Origin: Gammaproteobacteria bacterium
Lineage (GTDB): Bacteria; Pseudomonadota; Gammaproteobacteria; JAJDYQ01
NCBI GenBank assembly: GCA_028289815.1
Contig: JAPYNQ010000081.1
Coordinates: 24,577-88,576 of the forward strand
DNA length: 64,000 bases
Direction of reading: 5' to 3'
Shown here piece by piece: positions 40,660 to 50,380 of the stretch (position 1 is the stretch's first letter; every line of letters begins with the position of its first letter). Both the position numbers and the translations under genes were made by a program. The notes beneath the pieces were generated by a model. It was not told the DNA's origin and ran no database searches. It worked only from the letters and a program-made list of their open reading frames with translations.

Positions 40660-41562
40660 ATGCCGTTATTTGAAATTAGTGATGAAAATAAACTCTTGCC
40701 TGTAGCGCAGATAGATTTTTCTCAGGAAAAGGAACTGCGAAAACTGATTGAGGATAATCTGAAGGCAGTATTTAATTGTCGTTTAGTGGCAACTGAGTTC
40801 CCTACAGGAACAGTTCATGCCGGTAGAATTGATTCCTTGGCATTATCGGAAGATGATAACCCCATAATCATTGAGTATAAAAGAGTTGAATCATCAGAAC
40901 TGGTTAATCAAAGTCTCTTCTATTTGGCTTGGATGCGGGACCACAAGGGAGATTTTGAAAGAGCAGTTCAAAAATCTCTGGGTAGTGATATTAAGGTAGA
41001 TTGGTCTCACATCAGAGTTATCTGTATAGCACCTAATTATAAAAAATTCGATCTTTATGCTGTGCAGATGATGGGAGTAAATATTGAACTATGAAGGTAT
41101 CGTTTATTCTCAAATAATCATTTTCATCTGGAGTCGATATTTCATAATTCCAAGCAAAGCCTCAATCAAGAACCTATTAAAAGAAGAGATAACGAGACAA
41201 TAGCTCAACATACATTTGCCGAAATCATTCAAAGCAAGTCGCAAGAAATTCAGAGCTTGGCACAGATTATCCGTGAATTTGTTATCGGATTAGACGAGAT
41301 GATTGAAGAAGTACCCAGAAAACTCTACGTGGCTTATAGATCATCTCAGAATATTGTGTGTATGGAAGTCAAAGCTAAACATATCAAGTTATGGTTGAAA
41401 TTAAGCTCTCTTGATATTAAAGAATCACTAGAAGGCTATAGAGATGTTAGTAATATCGGGCACTATGGAACAGGGAATGTGGAGTTTACTGTTTCATCCG
41501 AACCGGAATTTGGTAAAGTCAAAAAATATATTGAAATGGCATATCATAAGATCGGTAGTTAA
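40660..41562 (+). pseudogene. PD-(D/E)xK nuclease (NucS/DUF91-like) fused to a DUF5655-like C-terminal domain, interrupted by a single in-frame TGA at 41092-41094
   Basis: ORFs 40660-41094 and 41257-41562 are in the same frame. My translation of the gap contains no other stop (IEL*RYRLFSNNHFHLESIF...QSLAQIIREFV). Nuclease core GRIDSLALSEDDNPIIIEYKR. My recollection is that the TGA sits where homologues have Trp (TGG). Confidence 0.72.
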
Positions 41563-41852
41563 TAGCTGACAATAAATCATTCTGACGAGTGTTCCTTGAA
41601 TGAGGTTCTAATGATCGCCTTCTTTGGCGACAACGAAAGTGCTACTTCCTTGTCATTCTGCGTTTCGCTGCTGGTGATGTAAGGTATCAGATTTTATCTA
41701 TCAGGAGATATGAGCTACCTTGGGAAAGCAAATGTGCAACCGATCCCGGGTTTGCGGATAAATGCTTTTGGCAGGTTTTTCGGGACCGTCAATACGGGTG
41801 ACCAAGGTGCTTCATGCCTTGCGATTCTTGAGCTAGGCCGGCGGCCTGAAAA

Positions 41853-41939
41853 TGGTGCCGAGGAGAGGACTTGAACCTCCACGGGGTTTCCCCCACTAGC
41901 ACCTGAAGCTAGCGTGTCTACCAATTTCACCACCTCGGC
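41853..41939 (-). tRNA. tRNA-Leu (anticodon CAG), type II with long variable arm, CCA encoded
   Basis: The minus strand reads GCCGAGGTGGTGAAATTGGTAGACACGCTAGCTTCAGGTGCTAGTGGGGGAAACCCCGTGGAGGTTCAAGTCCTCTCCTCGGCACCA. Anticodon loop TTCAGGT. T-arm GGTTCAAGTCC. Confidence 0.95.
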
Positions 41940-42016
41940 AAGCGCGAAAACTGAGGAACTTAACGGTGTTAGCCGGAATTGTCAATGCGTTGCGACAGTA
42001 AATTCATAACTTCTGT

Positions 42017-44275
42017 ATGATGCAGGTCATGCTAAGGAAACCTAGTAAAGATCCGTTTGCGGAGCGGGAGGCGAGTAACTATGAGCGGCCCATTGCTTCG
42101 CGTGAATTTATTCTTCAGTGTTTTGATGAGGCGCTTGGTCCCCTGCCGTTTGAGCGCCTCGCCCATATTCTTGAATACCGGGGTGCTGAACAGAAAACAG
42201 CGCTACAGCGTCGTCTCAATGCCATGGTGCGGGGTGGGCAGTTGTTTCGTAATCGCAGGGGGCAGTATGCCGTTGTGGCCCAGGCAGACCTCGTAGCCGG
42301 AGAGGTCGTTGCCCATAGCGATGGTTTTGGCTTCCTGCAGTCGGATGCCGGTGGAACCGACCTGTATTTGTCGGCAAAGCAGATGCGTACCCTGATGCAC
42401 GGTGACCGTGCCATTGTGCGGCCGGCCGGATTGAATCGCAAGGGCAAGCCGGAAGGTAAGTTGGTAGAGATTCTGGAGCGGCGGGTCACTACGGTTTCAG
42501 GGCATTTTTTTCAGGAATCAGGCCTAGGATTTGTGCGTCCGGAAAACCGCCGTCTTACACAGGATATTTTGATCCCTCCGGGTGCTGAAGCCGGTGCGTG
42601 TCATGGTGATATTGTCAGTGCGCGGATTACCGCTTATGCCACCGTTAAATCCCATACGCTTGGTGAAATAATCGAGATTTTGGGAAATGTTTTGACCGCG
42701 GATATGTACATTGAACTGGCGACCAGGAGATTTGGTTTGCCGCATGTCTGGCCAGAGGCGGTGCAGCGGGAGGTGGCCTCGCTGAGTGAGATATTGCCGT
42801 CGGCAGAGGTCAGGAGGCGCCGGGATATACGTGGTCTGCCCTTGGTTACCATTGACGGCGAGAGTGCGCATGATTTTGATGATGCGGTTTATTGCCGACC
42901 GACCGCAAAAGGCTGGAAGCTGTTTGTGGCGATCGCCGATGTGTCCTGGTATGTCAGGCCCGGCACGGCGCTGGACGCTCAGGCATACGAGCGTAGTACC
43001 TCGGCCTATTTCCCCGGTCGTGTGATACCGATGTTACCCGAAGCGCTTTCCAATGGTTTGTGTTCAATTAATCCTGATGTTGAACGTTTTTGCATGCTTT
43101 GTGAAATGGATATCAGTGATAAGGGCAGGTTGGTGCGGACCCGCTTTAATTCTGCCGTGATGCGTTCCCGTGCCCGTCTCACCTATACGGAGGTGGCGAC
43201 CATGCTGCTTGAGAGGCAGACGGCACCATGTGCCAAATACGCTGATTTACTGTCCCATCTGGAGGATTTGTATGGACTTTACAAAGTGCTGGTCGGCGCC
43301 CGCCGCCGCCGTGGTGCGATTGAGTTTGACAGGGAGGAGACCGGTTTTGTGTTCGATGATCAGGGGCAGGTATGCGGAATTAAGCCGCTGGTGCGTAATG
43401 ACGCGCACAGGTTGATAGAGGAGTGCATGATTGTGGCTAATATTGCCGCGGCACGTTATTTGGAAAAGCACAGGTTGCCCGCTTTATACCGGGTTCATGC
43501 TGGACCTGGCGAGGATGATCTGGTTTCGCTGAGGGAGTTTTTGGATGGATTGGGTTTGTCGCTCGGCGGGGGGGAGGAACCGCAGCCAAAAGATTATGGT
43601 AAGTTACTTGGTGAAACCAGGCAGCGCCCCGATGCGCATGTCATCCAAGCCGTCATGCTGAGGTCCCTGAAGCAGGCCATATATCAGCGAGACAATGAGG
43701 GGCACTTTGGCTTGTCGCTGGAATCCTATACCCACTTCACCTCGCCAATAAGGCGTTACCCCGATTTGTTGGTGCATCGCGCCATATGTCATCTTATGGA
43801 AGGCGGAAACATTGGTGATTACCGATATACCAAACACGATATGGAAAAGTTCGGTCATCAGTGTTCGACCCATGAGCGTCGTGCGGATGAGGCCAGCTGG
43901 GATGTTGCCGAGGCATTGAAGTGTCAATACCTGCAGGATCATCTGGAAGGGGAGTTCAATGGTGTCATTGTTGCTGTCAACAACTTCGGATTATTTGTTG
44001 AAATGGAAAACCTCGGTATTTCCGGTTTGGTTCATGTGACAGCACTGGGACATGATTATTTTCACCATGACCCGGTGCATCATCGGCTGCGGGGGGAACA
44101 TACGGGTGTATCGTTCCGGCTGGGTGAGGCCATGAGGGTCAGGTTGATACGGGTTGATGTTGAAGATCGCAAGGTTGATCTGGAGCCGGTGCAGCTGCCT
44201 GAAAGCCTGTCGGATATTCCTCCCGGTAAAGGCAAGCGGCGCATACGTAGGCCGCGAAGGCGACAGCGCCGATGA
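42017..44275 (+). CDS. rnr: Ribonuclease R
   Basis: 752-aa ORF with an N-terminal DPFAEREASNYERPIASREFIL pattern, an RNB domain (ITIDGESAHDFDDAVY; HFGLSLESYTHFTSPIRRYPDL), an S1 domain, and a basic tail (KGKRRIRRPRRRQRR). Confidence 0.95.
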   Translation: MMQVMLRKPSKDPFAEREASNYERPIASREFILQCFDEALGPLPFERLAHILEYRGAEQKTALQRRLNAMVRGGQLFRNRRGQYAVVAQADLVAGEVVAHSDGFGFLQSDAGGTDLYLSAKQMRTLMHGDRAIVRPAGLNRKGKPEGKLVEILERRVTTVSGHFFQESGLGFVRPENRRLTQDILIPPGAEAGACHGDIVSARITAYATVKSHTLGEIIEILGNVLTADMYIELATRRFGLPHVWPEAVQREVASLSEILPSAEVRRRRDIRGLPLVTIDGESAHDFDDAVYCRPTAKGWKLFVAIADVSWYVRPGTALDAQAYERSTSAYFPGRVIPMLPEALSNGLCSINPDVERFCMLCEMDISDKGRLVRTRFNSAVMRSRARLTYTEVATMLLERQTAPCAKYADLLSHLEDLYGLYKVLVGARRRRGAIEFDREETGFVFDDQGQVCGIKPLVRNDAHRLIEECMIVANIAAARYLEKHRLPALYRVHAGPGEDDLVSLREFLDGLGLSLGGGEEPQPKDYGKLLGETRQRPDAHVIQAVMLRSLKQAIYQRDNEGHFGLSLESYTHFTSPIRRYPDLLVHRAICHLMEGGNIGDYRYTKHDMEKFGHQCSTHERRADEASWDVAEALKCQYLQDHLEGEFNGVIVAVNNFGLFVEMENLGISGLVHVTALGHDYFHHDPVHHRLRGEHTGVSFRLGEAMRVRLIRVDVEDRKVDLEPVQLPESLSDIPPGKGKRRIRRPRRRQRR

Positions 44276-45027
44276 GTGGAGCCACGGCTATTTGCGGCTT
44301 TCATGCTGTTAGTTCGGCAATAGACTTTGCGCCGGATAAGGCTTTGACATTGTGGTTGAGTCGGAGACGTCGAGATAAACGCATACAATCAATTATTGAT
44401 AAAGCAAAGCAATATGGTATTGTGGTTAAGTACGTCGGTCGCGATGAACTCGATGGGTATGCTGAGGGGCAGGCGCATCAGGGCGTGGTTTTGCTGACAC
44501 GTGCCACGAGTATTGTGAGTGAGCGGGATTTATCCCGGCTTGTGGCGGCGATAGACGGTGTTCCATTGGTGTTGGTGCTTGATGGGATAACAGACCCGCA
44601 TAATCTGGGAGCCTGTCTTCGCACCGCCAGTGCCGTCGGTGTTCATATCGTGATTGCACCCAGAGACAGAGCAGCTGGACTCAATGCTACTGTTCGCAGG
44701 GCAGCCAGCGGAGCAGCTGAACATTTGCCGTTTATACAGGTCACTAATCTGGTACGAACACTTAAGCAATTACAGGATAACGGTTTATGGGTTACAGGAA
44801 CGGCTATGGAAGGTAATAATATCTACCAGTCAGATCTGACGGGTCCACAGGTTATTGTGATGGGTGGCGAAGGCAGAGGTATGCGTCGCCTGACCCGGGA
44901 GCATTGTGATCAGCTCGTTTATATACCTGTGTCTAGGGATGTTGGCAGCTTGAATGTTTCTGTTGCCGCAGGTGTGATGTTATACGAAACCATGCGGCAG
45001 AGGCTGGCGATAGAGCAAGAGCCATGA
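44272..45027 (+). CDS. rlmB: 23S rRNA (guanosine-2'-O-)-methyltransferase RlmB (SpoU/TrmH family)
   Basis: 251-aa ORF with SpoU motifs (LVLDGITDPHNLGACLRTA; VMGGEGRGMRRLT; IPVSRDVGSLNVSVAAGVMLYE). Position after rnr matches E. coli. Confidence 0.92.
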   Translation: MSGATAICGFHAVSSAIDFAPDKALTLWLSRRRRDKRIQSIIDKAKQYGIVVKYVGRDELDGYAEGQAHQGVVLLTRATSIVSERDLSRLVAAIDGVPLVLVLDGITDPHNLGACLRTASAVGVHIVIAPRDRAAGLNATVRRAASGAAEHLPFIQVTNLVRTLKQLQDNGLWVTGTAMEGNNIYQSDLTGPQVIVMGGEGRGMRRLTREHCDQLVYIPVSRDVGSLNVSVAAGVMLYETMRQRLAIEQEP

Positions 45028-45398
45028 AATTTAATGGTATGAATATCCACTCCAGTGATGTGGTTAGTGATCGGGAGCGTATCTATGCAACCTGTATACA
45101 TCTTGCAGGTCTTTGCATTCCTTTGGGGAACTTTCTGCTGCCGCTGATTCTTTGGACTATCAAACGAGGAGAGTCTCACTATATTGACCAGCAGGGTCGT
45201 GAGGTAATGAATTTCCAGCTCACGATCACCTTTTATGCTATTTTCGCCATGATTCTGATGGTGACGCCGGTCGGCTGGATATTCGTTCCGGTCGTTCTGT
45301 TGCTACATTTGGTTGGTACGATCACGGGCACGTTAAAGACTTGGAGAGGCAGGGTGTTTCGTTATCCGGTTACTTTTCGGGTGATTCGGTCTGCCTGA
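45024..45398 (+). CDS. DUF4870-like small membrane protein
   Basis: 124-aa ORF with the pattern ERIYATCIHLAGLCIPLGNFLLPLILW..K......IDQQGREVMNFQLT, typical of the DUF4870 family. Confidence 0.7.
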   Translation: MKFNGMNIHSSDVVSDRERIYATCIHLAGLCIPLGNFLLPLILWTIKRGESHYIDQQGREVMNFQLTITFYAIFAMILMVTPVGWIFVPVVLLLHLVGTITGTLKTWRGRVFRYPVTFRVIRSA

Positions 45399-45456
45399 TC
45401 TCATATTTTACGATTAGACGAATGTTGCGCGTATCTGGAAATAGAGCTCTTTATTA

Positions 45457-46044
45457 ATGCACATCGCTCGCTATATCAAGCTTAGGTTAGCATTATTTAG
45501 GCCAGCATTACGCTGCATTGGTTACAATTTTCGGCTTTATTATCCGAAAGTTAACGTGCCCAATCTGATTATCTCCTCAGGTGGGGCGAGTTCGACCCTT
45601 ATGATTAAATATCTGTCCCGCTTTATTGAGTGTAATGATCAGGATGACAAGGATGGTCTGAAACACGTTCCATATCCGGCAAAAACCTTAGCCAAGTCCC
45701 GTATTCTTTACTTGTATGACTCCCCTGAAATAGTATGCGAAAGTTTGTGCCGCCGAGGACTTGATTTGGTACAAGCGCTCAAACTGAAGGCAAGCATAAG
45801 CATCCTTTGGGATCGCGGGAGTATTAGAGAAGAACTCTTATTTGCTATCCATGAACAAATCAAGCTGTTTAAAGGGTGCGACTTTGGTACGTTACTCTGT
45901 ATTGAATATAACGATATATGGGAGTGCAAGAGAGACATTGCGAAACACTTTGGTATAGTTGATCCGGCTTTTGTAGAGAATTTTCCTCCGCGTAAACCAC
46001 GGAAAAATGGCAAAGGTTTATTAGGGGAATCGCTGGAAGTGTAG
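45457..46044 (+). CDS. Hypothetical protein with weak sulfotransferase-like P-loop motifs
   Basis: 195-aa AT-rich ORF. IISSGGASSTLMIKYL resembles a 5'-PSB loop, and YLYDSPEIVCESL resembles a 3'-PB motif. This is pattern-level resemblance only. Confidence 0.4.
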   Translation: MHIARYIKLRLALFRPALRCIGYNFRLYYPKVNVPNLIISSGGASSTLMIKYLSRFIECNDQDDKDGLKHVPYPAKTLAKSRILYLYDSPEIVCESLCRRGLDLVQALKLKASISILWDRGSIREELLFAIHEQIKLFKGCDFGTLLCIEYNDIWECKRDIAKHFGIVDPAFVENFPPRKPRKNGKGLLGESLEV

Positions 46045-46256
46045 AGGAGTGGACCTTTTCCGGGAGGTGACCTCCGGAGATATAATAACCATGCAGGATA
46101 AGGGTCGGCTTTGGTGACAGCACCGATATCAAGTGATTATGCAAACCGCGTGGAAAAATTGATGCTTATTCTGTGGGAGCAGCGCCTAGTCTATAATGTG
46201 CTGACACCCGCATCTTTATAAGCCGTATAGTAACCCAATGACGGACTAGCAGAATC

Positions 46257-48740
46257 ATGCAGGAAAAAATTGCTGAAATCTATGACCGATTGATTCTGGA
46301 ATATTCCCGGTTTACCTTGCTGGTTCTTGTGCTTGTTTTGGGGTTTTTTGTTTGGCATACCCAGTATTTCAGGCTGGATGCTTCGGCTGACTCTCTTATT
46401 CTTGAGGGCGATAAAGACTTGGAGGTCCTGCGTCAGGTGGGTGAGCGTTACGGTAGCGAGGAATTTCTTTTTCTGAGTTATACACCGAACGCCGATCTGT
46501 TTTCCGATAAAGCCTTGCTGCCGCTGGCAAATTTAAGAGACGAAATCCGGCAAATCCCTCAGATTTCCAGTGTCACTACTTTGCTGGATGTGCCTTTGTT
46601 GAAAAGTTCCGACGTACCTCTGGCAGCTATGTCGGAGAATGTGCAGACCCTCGAGAAACCGACTGTGGTCAGAGAGCGAGCCCGCCTTGAGTTTCTTAAC
46701 AGTCCGGTCTATCGCGACCTGATTATAAGTGCTGATGGTAAAACGACAGCACTTCAGATCAATTTGCGCGCCAACCTCGAATATCCACGGTTACTCAAGG
46801 AGCGTGACATCTTGCGTGCGAAGTCCCGGGCCGGAGGGCTTGATGCCGATAGCCTGTCGAGATATGAACAGTTACTCAGCAGATATGACAGCCTGACTCG
46901 TGAGATTGATGATGAGCGACATCAGGCCATTCAGGCTATTCGCGTGATCGTTGATAAATATCGTGACCATGGCCAGCTGTCTTTGGGTGGGGTTCCAATG
47001 ATTGCCGACGATATGATCAGCTTTATCAAAAGTGATCTTATTGTTTTTGGCATCGGTGTTTTCCTGTTTCTGATCTTCACTCTTGGTGTCATTTTTCGCA
47101 GACTTCGTTGGATTTTGTTGCCGCTGGCCAGCTGTGCCTATGTGGGCCTATTGATGATTGGAGTACTTGGCTTTCTGGGTTGGCGAGTCACCGTTATTTC
47201 GTCTAATTTTATTTCCCTGATGCTCATACTGACCATGTCGATGAATGTGCATCTGATTGTGCGTTATCGCCAGTTATGTAAAGATCAGCCGGATGCGGGG
47301 CAGCGCAGACTAGTGTTGGAGACTGCCCGTAAAATGGTATGGCCCTGCCTTTATACGGCGTTGACTACCATTTTGGCGTTTGCTTCGCTGATGGTTAGTA
47401 GTATCAAGCCAGTCATTGATTTTGGTTGGATGATGACCGTTGGTCTTTCAGTCACGTTTTTGACAACTTTTACGTTGTTTCCCGCGCTACTGATGCAGAT
47501 GCCACGTTCTTCGGTTTCTCCTGATGAAAAGGACGACTATTCCTTTACCGCGATACTTGCCGGAGTCACCCAGAATTATGGTCAGTATATCCTGGCACTG
47601 ACATTGGTGCTGGTGGTTATTGCGACCATTGGTATCTCCATGCTCAGGGTGGAAAACAGCTTTATCAATTACTTCGACGAGGATACCGAGATTTATCAGG
47701 GCATGAAGCTGATTGATGAAAAACTGGGTGGCACCACGCCGCTGGATATTATTATTGATCTTGGGGAGACCGTTACCGAAGATCCGGCAGACGATCCTTT
47801 CGGTTTTGGTGGCATGATGGACGATCTGAGTGCGGCATTTGGCTTTGAATCCAAAAAGGAAGATACTTGGTTTACGCCTCACAGGATTAACACGATCAAG
47901 GCGGTACATGATTATCTGGAAAGCCAGCCTGAAATTGGCAAGGTACTGTCTCTTGCGGCACCGATACGTGTTGCCGAGGAACTGAATGATGGCCGGCCAT
48001 TGGACAGCCTAGCGCTGGCGATCATGTATCAGCAGGTGCCTGCCGAATTTCGCAGGGCTATGATTGATCCCTACATTGATATAGAGCGAGATGAGGGCCG
48101 TATCAGTGTGCGAGTCAAGGACTCTCTTGAAGACCTGCGAAGGAAAGAGTTTATTGAGCGATTGCACCGTGACCTGAACGAAAAAGTAGGCTTGGAGAAA
48201 GATCGGTATCAGATCACCGGTATGCTGGTGCTATACAGCAATATGCTGCAAAGCCTGTTTTCGTCACAAATCGAGACCTTGGGTACGGTGATGGCCGGTA
48301 TTTTTCTGATGCTGATTGTATTGTTTCGCTCCATACGTCTGGCCGTTATCGGTATCCTGCCGAATATCCTTTCGGCATTGCTGATTCTCGGAATTATTGG
48401 TCTGCTTAGTATTCCGCTGGATATCATGACTATTACAATAGCGGCTATCACCATCGGCATCGCCGTGGATAATGCGATTCACTATATCTACCGTTTTCGG
48501 GAGGAGTTGCCGAAACGAGATCATGATTACCTGCGTACCCTGCACTACTGTCATGCCAATATCGGTAAAGCGATCTTTTATACGGCGGTGACCATTATTG
48601 CCGGCTTTTCTATCCTGATACTGTCCAACTTTATACCCACGATCTACTTTGGCATATTTACTGCTGTGGCGATGGCAATTGCGTTGCTTGCGGCATTAAC
48701 ATTACTGCCTAAACTAATATTGATTGCCCGTCCTTTTTAA
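46257..48740 (+). CDS. RND-superfamily exporter (COG1033 / MMPL-SSD type, 12 TM in two bundles)
   Basis: 827-aa ORF with two 6-TM blocks, each preceded by a large soluble loop. Conserved RND-like segments are present (SNFISLMLILTMSMNVHLIVRY; AITIGIAVDNAIHYIYRF). Confidence 0.85.
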   Translation: MQEKIAEIYDRLILEYSRFTLLVLVLVLGFFVWHTQYFRLDASADSLILEGDKDLEVLRQVGERYGSEEFLFLSYTPNADLFSDKALLPLANLRDEIRQIPQISSVTTLLDVPLLKSSDVPLAAMSENVQTLEKPTVVRERARLEFLNSPVYRDLIISADGKTTALQINLRANLEYPRLLKERDILRAKSRAGGLDADSLSRYEQLLSRYDSLTREIDDERHQAIQAIRVIVDKYRDHGQLSLGGVPMIADDMISFIKSDLIVFGIGVFLFLIFTLGVIFRRLRWILLPLASCAYVGLLMIGVLGFLGWRVTVISSNFISLMLILTMSMNVHLIVRYRQLCKDQPDAGQRRLVLETARKMVWPCLYTALTTILAFASLMVSSIKPVIDFGWMMTVGLSVTFLTTFTLFPALLMQMPRSSVSPDEKDDYSFTAILAGVTQNYGQYILALTLVLVVIATIGISMLRVENSFINYFDEDTEIYQGMKLIDEKLGGTTPLDIIIDLGETVTEDPADDPFGFGGMMDDLSAAFGFESKKEDTWFTPHRINTIKAVHDYLESQPEIGKVLSLAAPIRVAEELNDGRPLDSLALAIMYQQVPAEFRRAMIDPYIDIERDEGRISVRVKDSLEDLRRKEFIERLHRDLNEKVGLEKDRYQITGMLVLYSNMLQSLFSSQIETLGTVMAGIFLMLIVLFRSIRLAVIGILPNILSALLILGIIGLLSIPLDIMTITIAAITIGIAVDNAIHYIYRFREELPKRDHDYLRTLHYCHANIGKAIFYTAVTIIAGFSILILSNFIPTIYFGIFTAVAMAIALLAALTLLPKLILIARPF

Positions 48741-49771
48741 TGCCTTCCGAGTTTGACTTGATTCGCCGGCTGGGCCTGTTTCAGTCTTTGCAACGTGATG
48801 AAGTTGTGCTGGGGATTGGCGATGATGCTGCGATACTGGATGTGCCGGCAGGATGGCAGTTAGCTGTCAGTACAGATACATTTAATCGTGGTGTGCATTT
48901 TCCCGAAGAAACTGCCGCCTGCGACATTGGTTATAAGTCCATGGCGGCCAGCTTGAGTGATGTGGCAGCGATGGGTGCTGAACCGCTGGCGGTCAATCTG
49001 TCACTCTCCATGCCGGTTCACGACGAGGAGTGGCTGGCTGGATTCGCCCGGGGTTTTTTCGAGTCGGCGAATCAATTTCAGGTTCAGCTAATGGGGGGTG
49101 ATACAACTCATGGCCCGCTCAGTATCAGTGTCACTGTTTTTGCCACTGTACCCATAGAGCAGGCACTTCGGCGTAGCGGGGCGCAAGCCGGTGACCTGAT
49201 TTATGTTACCGGGACCCTAGGGGACGCTGGTGCGGCGTTGCTTGTATTGCAGGAGGCACTCAAGCTGCCTGAGCCGCAGCGCAGTATGTTGGTGGGCAGA
49301 CTGAATCGTCCTGCCCCCAGAGTAGAAACCGGTATGCTAATCAGAGATTATGCCAGTGCCTGTATTGATATATCTGACGGATTGGCGGCGGACTTAAGTC
49401 ATATACTCGAACGAAGCGGCATAGCGGCGACACTTTACGTCGATCAGATACCGTTGTCAGCAGAACTAAAGGGTTGTTTTGACGCGGTTGGTGGCTGGAC
49501 AGTGCCCCTGAACTCCGGTGATGATTATGAGTTATGCTTTACGGTGCCTAGTAGTAAACAGGGCGAACTGGAAAACCTGCTGACCGGGAAACAGCCGGCT
49601 ATCCACTGTATTGGTATGACAGAAACGGGCGATAGCCTGAGACTTATAATGCCGGATGGCACAATAAAAGTTATAGAACCGACAGGCTATGACCACTTTA
49701 GGGAAGCCCGAAAAGTCGTAGCGAGAGCGCCGGAGCAAGGTGCACGGAATCGCAGCAACCGTAGTGTGTAG
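48740..49771 (+). CDS. thiL: Thiamine-monophosphate kinase
   Basis: 343-aa ORF with MPSEFDLIRRL, GIGDDAAIL, the AIR-synthase-like fold motif AASLSDVAAMGAEP, and GGDTT. Confidence 0.92.
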   Translation: MPSEFDLIRRLGLFQSLQRDEVVLGIGDDAAILDVPAGWQLAVSTDTFNRGVHFPEETAACDIGYKSMAASLSDVAAMGAEPLAVNLSLSMPVHDEEWLAGFARGFFESANQFQVQLMGGDTTHGPLSISVTVFATVPIEQALRRSGAQAGDLIYVTGTLGDAGAALLVLQEALKLPEPQRSMLVGRLNRPAPRVETGMLIRDYASACIDISDGLAADLSHILERSGIAATLYVDQIPLSAELKGCFDAVGGWTVPLNSGDDYELCFTVPSSKQGELENLLTGKQPAIHCIGMTETGDSLRLIMPDGTIKVIEPTGYDHFREARKVVARAPEQGARNRSNRSV

Positions 49772-49867
49772 TGGACTACATGAGAATTATGGGCATCGCA
49801 CAGCAGGTTTTTGTAGGCTCATTTCAGCTAGTTGCCGGTCTCTGGTATCTCAGCCGAAAGTCTTTGT

Positions 49868-50380
49868 ATGATGATAAAACGTAATCAGGTCCCGGCATCT
49901 GTCTGGCGCGATCCGGTGCATTTCAGTGCCTTTGGCTTTGGGGCAGGTGCGTCGCCTTATGCTCCCGGAACTGTCGGCACGCTACCGGCAGTACTGCTGG
50001 TTTGGCTGATGTCATATATACCGATTATCTGGTATTTGTGTGTTATCTGCTTGCTTTATGTGGCAGGTGTTTGGGTCTGTGCTAAAACCTCCAACGATAT
50101 TGGTGTACATGATCATCCCGGTGTTGTTGTTGACGAGGTGGTAGGTTACCTGATTGCGATGATACTTGTGCCTGTAAATGTTTGGACATTAGCAACCGGT
50201 TTTCTGGTTTTCCGGTTTTTTGATATCGTCAAACCTTGGCCAATCTGCTGGCTGGATAAAAGAGTGGATGGCGGTACCGGAATTATGATTGATGATGTAG
50301 TGGCGGGAGTTTTCTCTTTGATCGTCATGCAATTACTACTGATCTATGTCGGGTTGCCGCCCGCTGGACTCTCCGGTTAA
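49868..50380 (+). CDS. pgpA: Phosphatidylglycerophosphatase A
   Basis: FGFGAGASPYAPGTVGTLPA and DHPGVVVDEVVG..FRFFDIVKPWPI motifs. I placed the start at the ATG at 49868. Position after thiL matches E. coli. Confidence 0.88.
   Translation: MMIKRNQVPASVWRDPVHFSAFGFGAGASPYAPGTVGTLPAVLLVWLMSYIPIIWYLCVICLLYVAGVWVCAKTSNDIGVHDHPGVVVDEVVGYLIAMILVPVNVWTLATGFLVFRFFDIVKPWPICWLDKRVDGGTGIMIDDVVAGVFSLIVMQLLLIYVGLPPAGLSG

Noticed and set aside
41715-41933. 72-aa minus-strand ORF
   Set aside because: It is simply the translation of the tRNA-Leu gene and its downstream flank.
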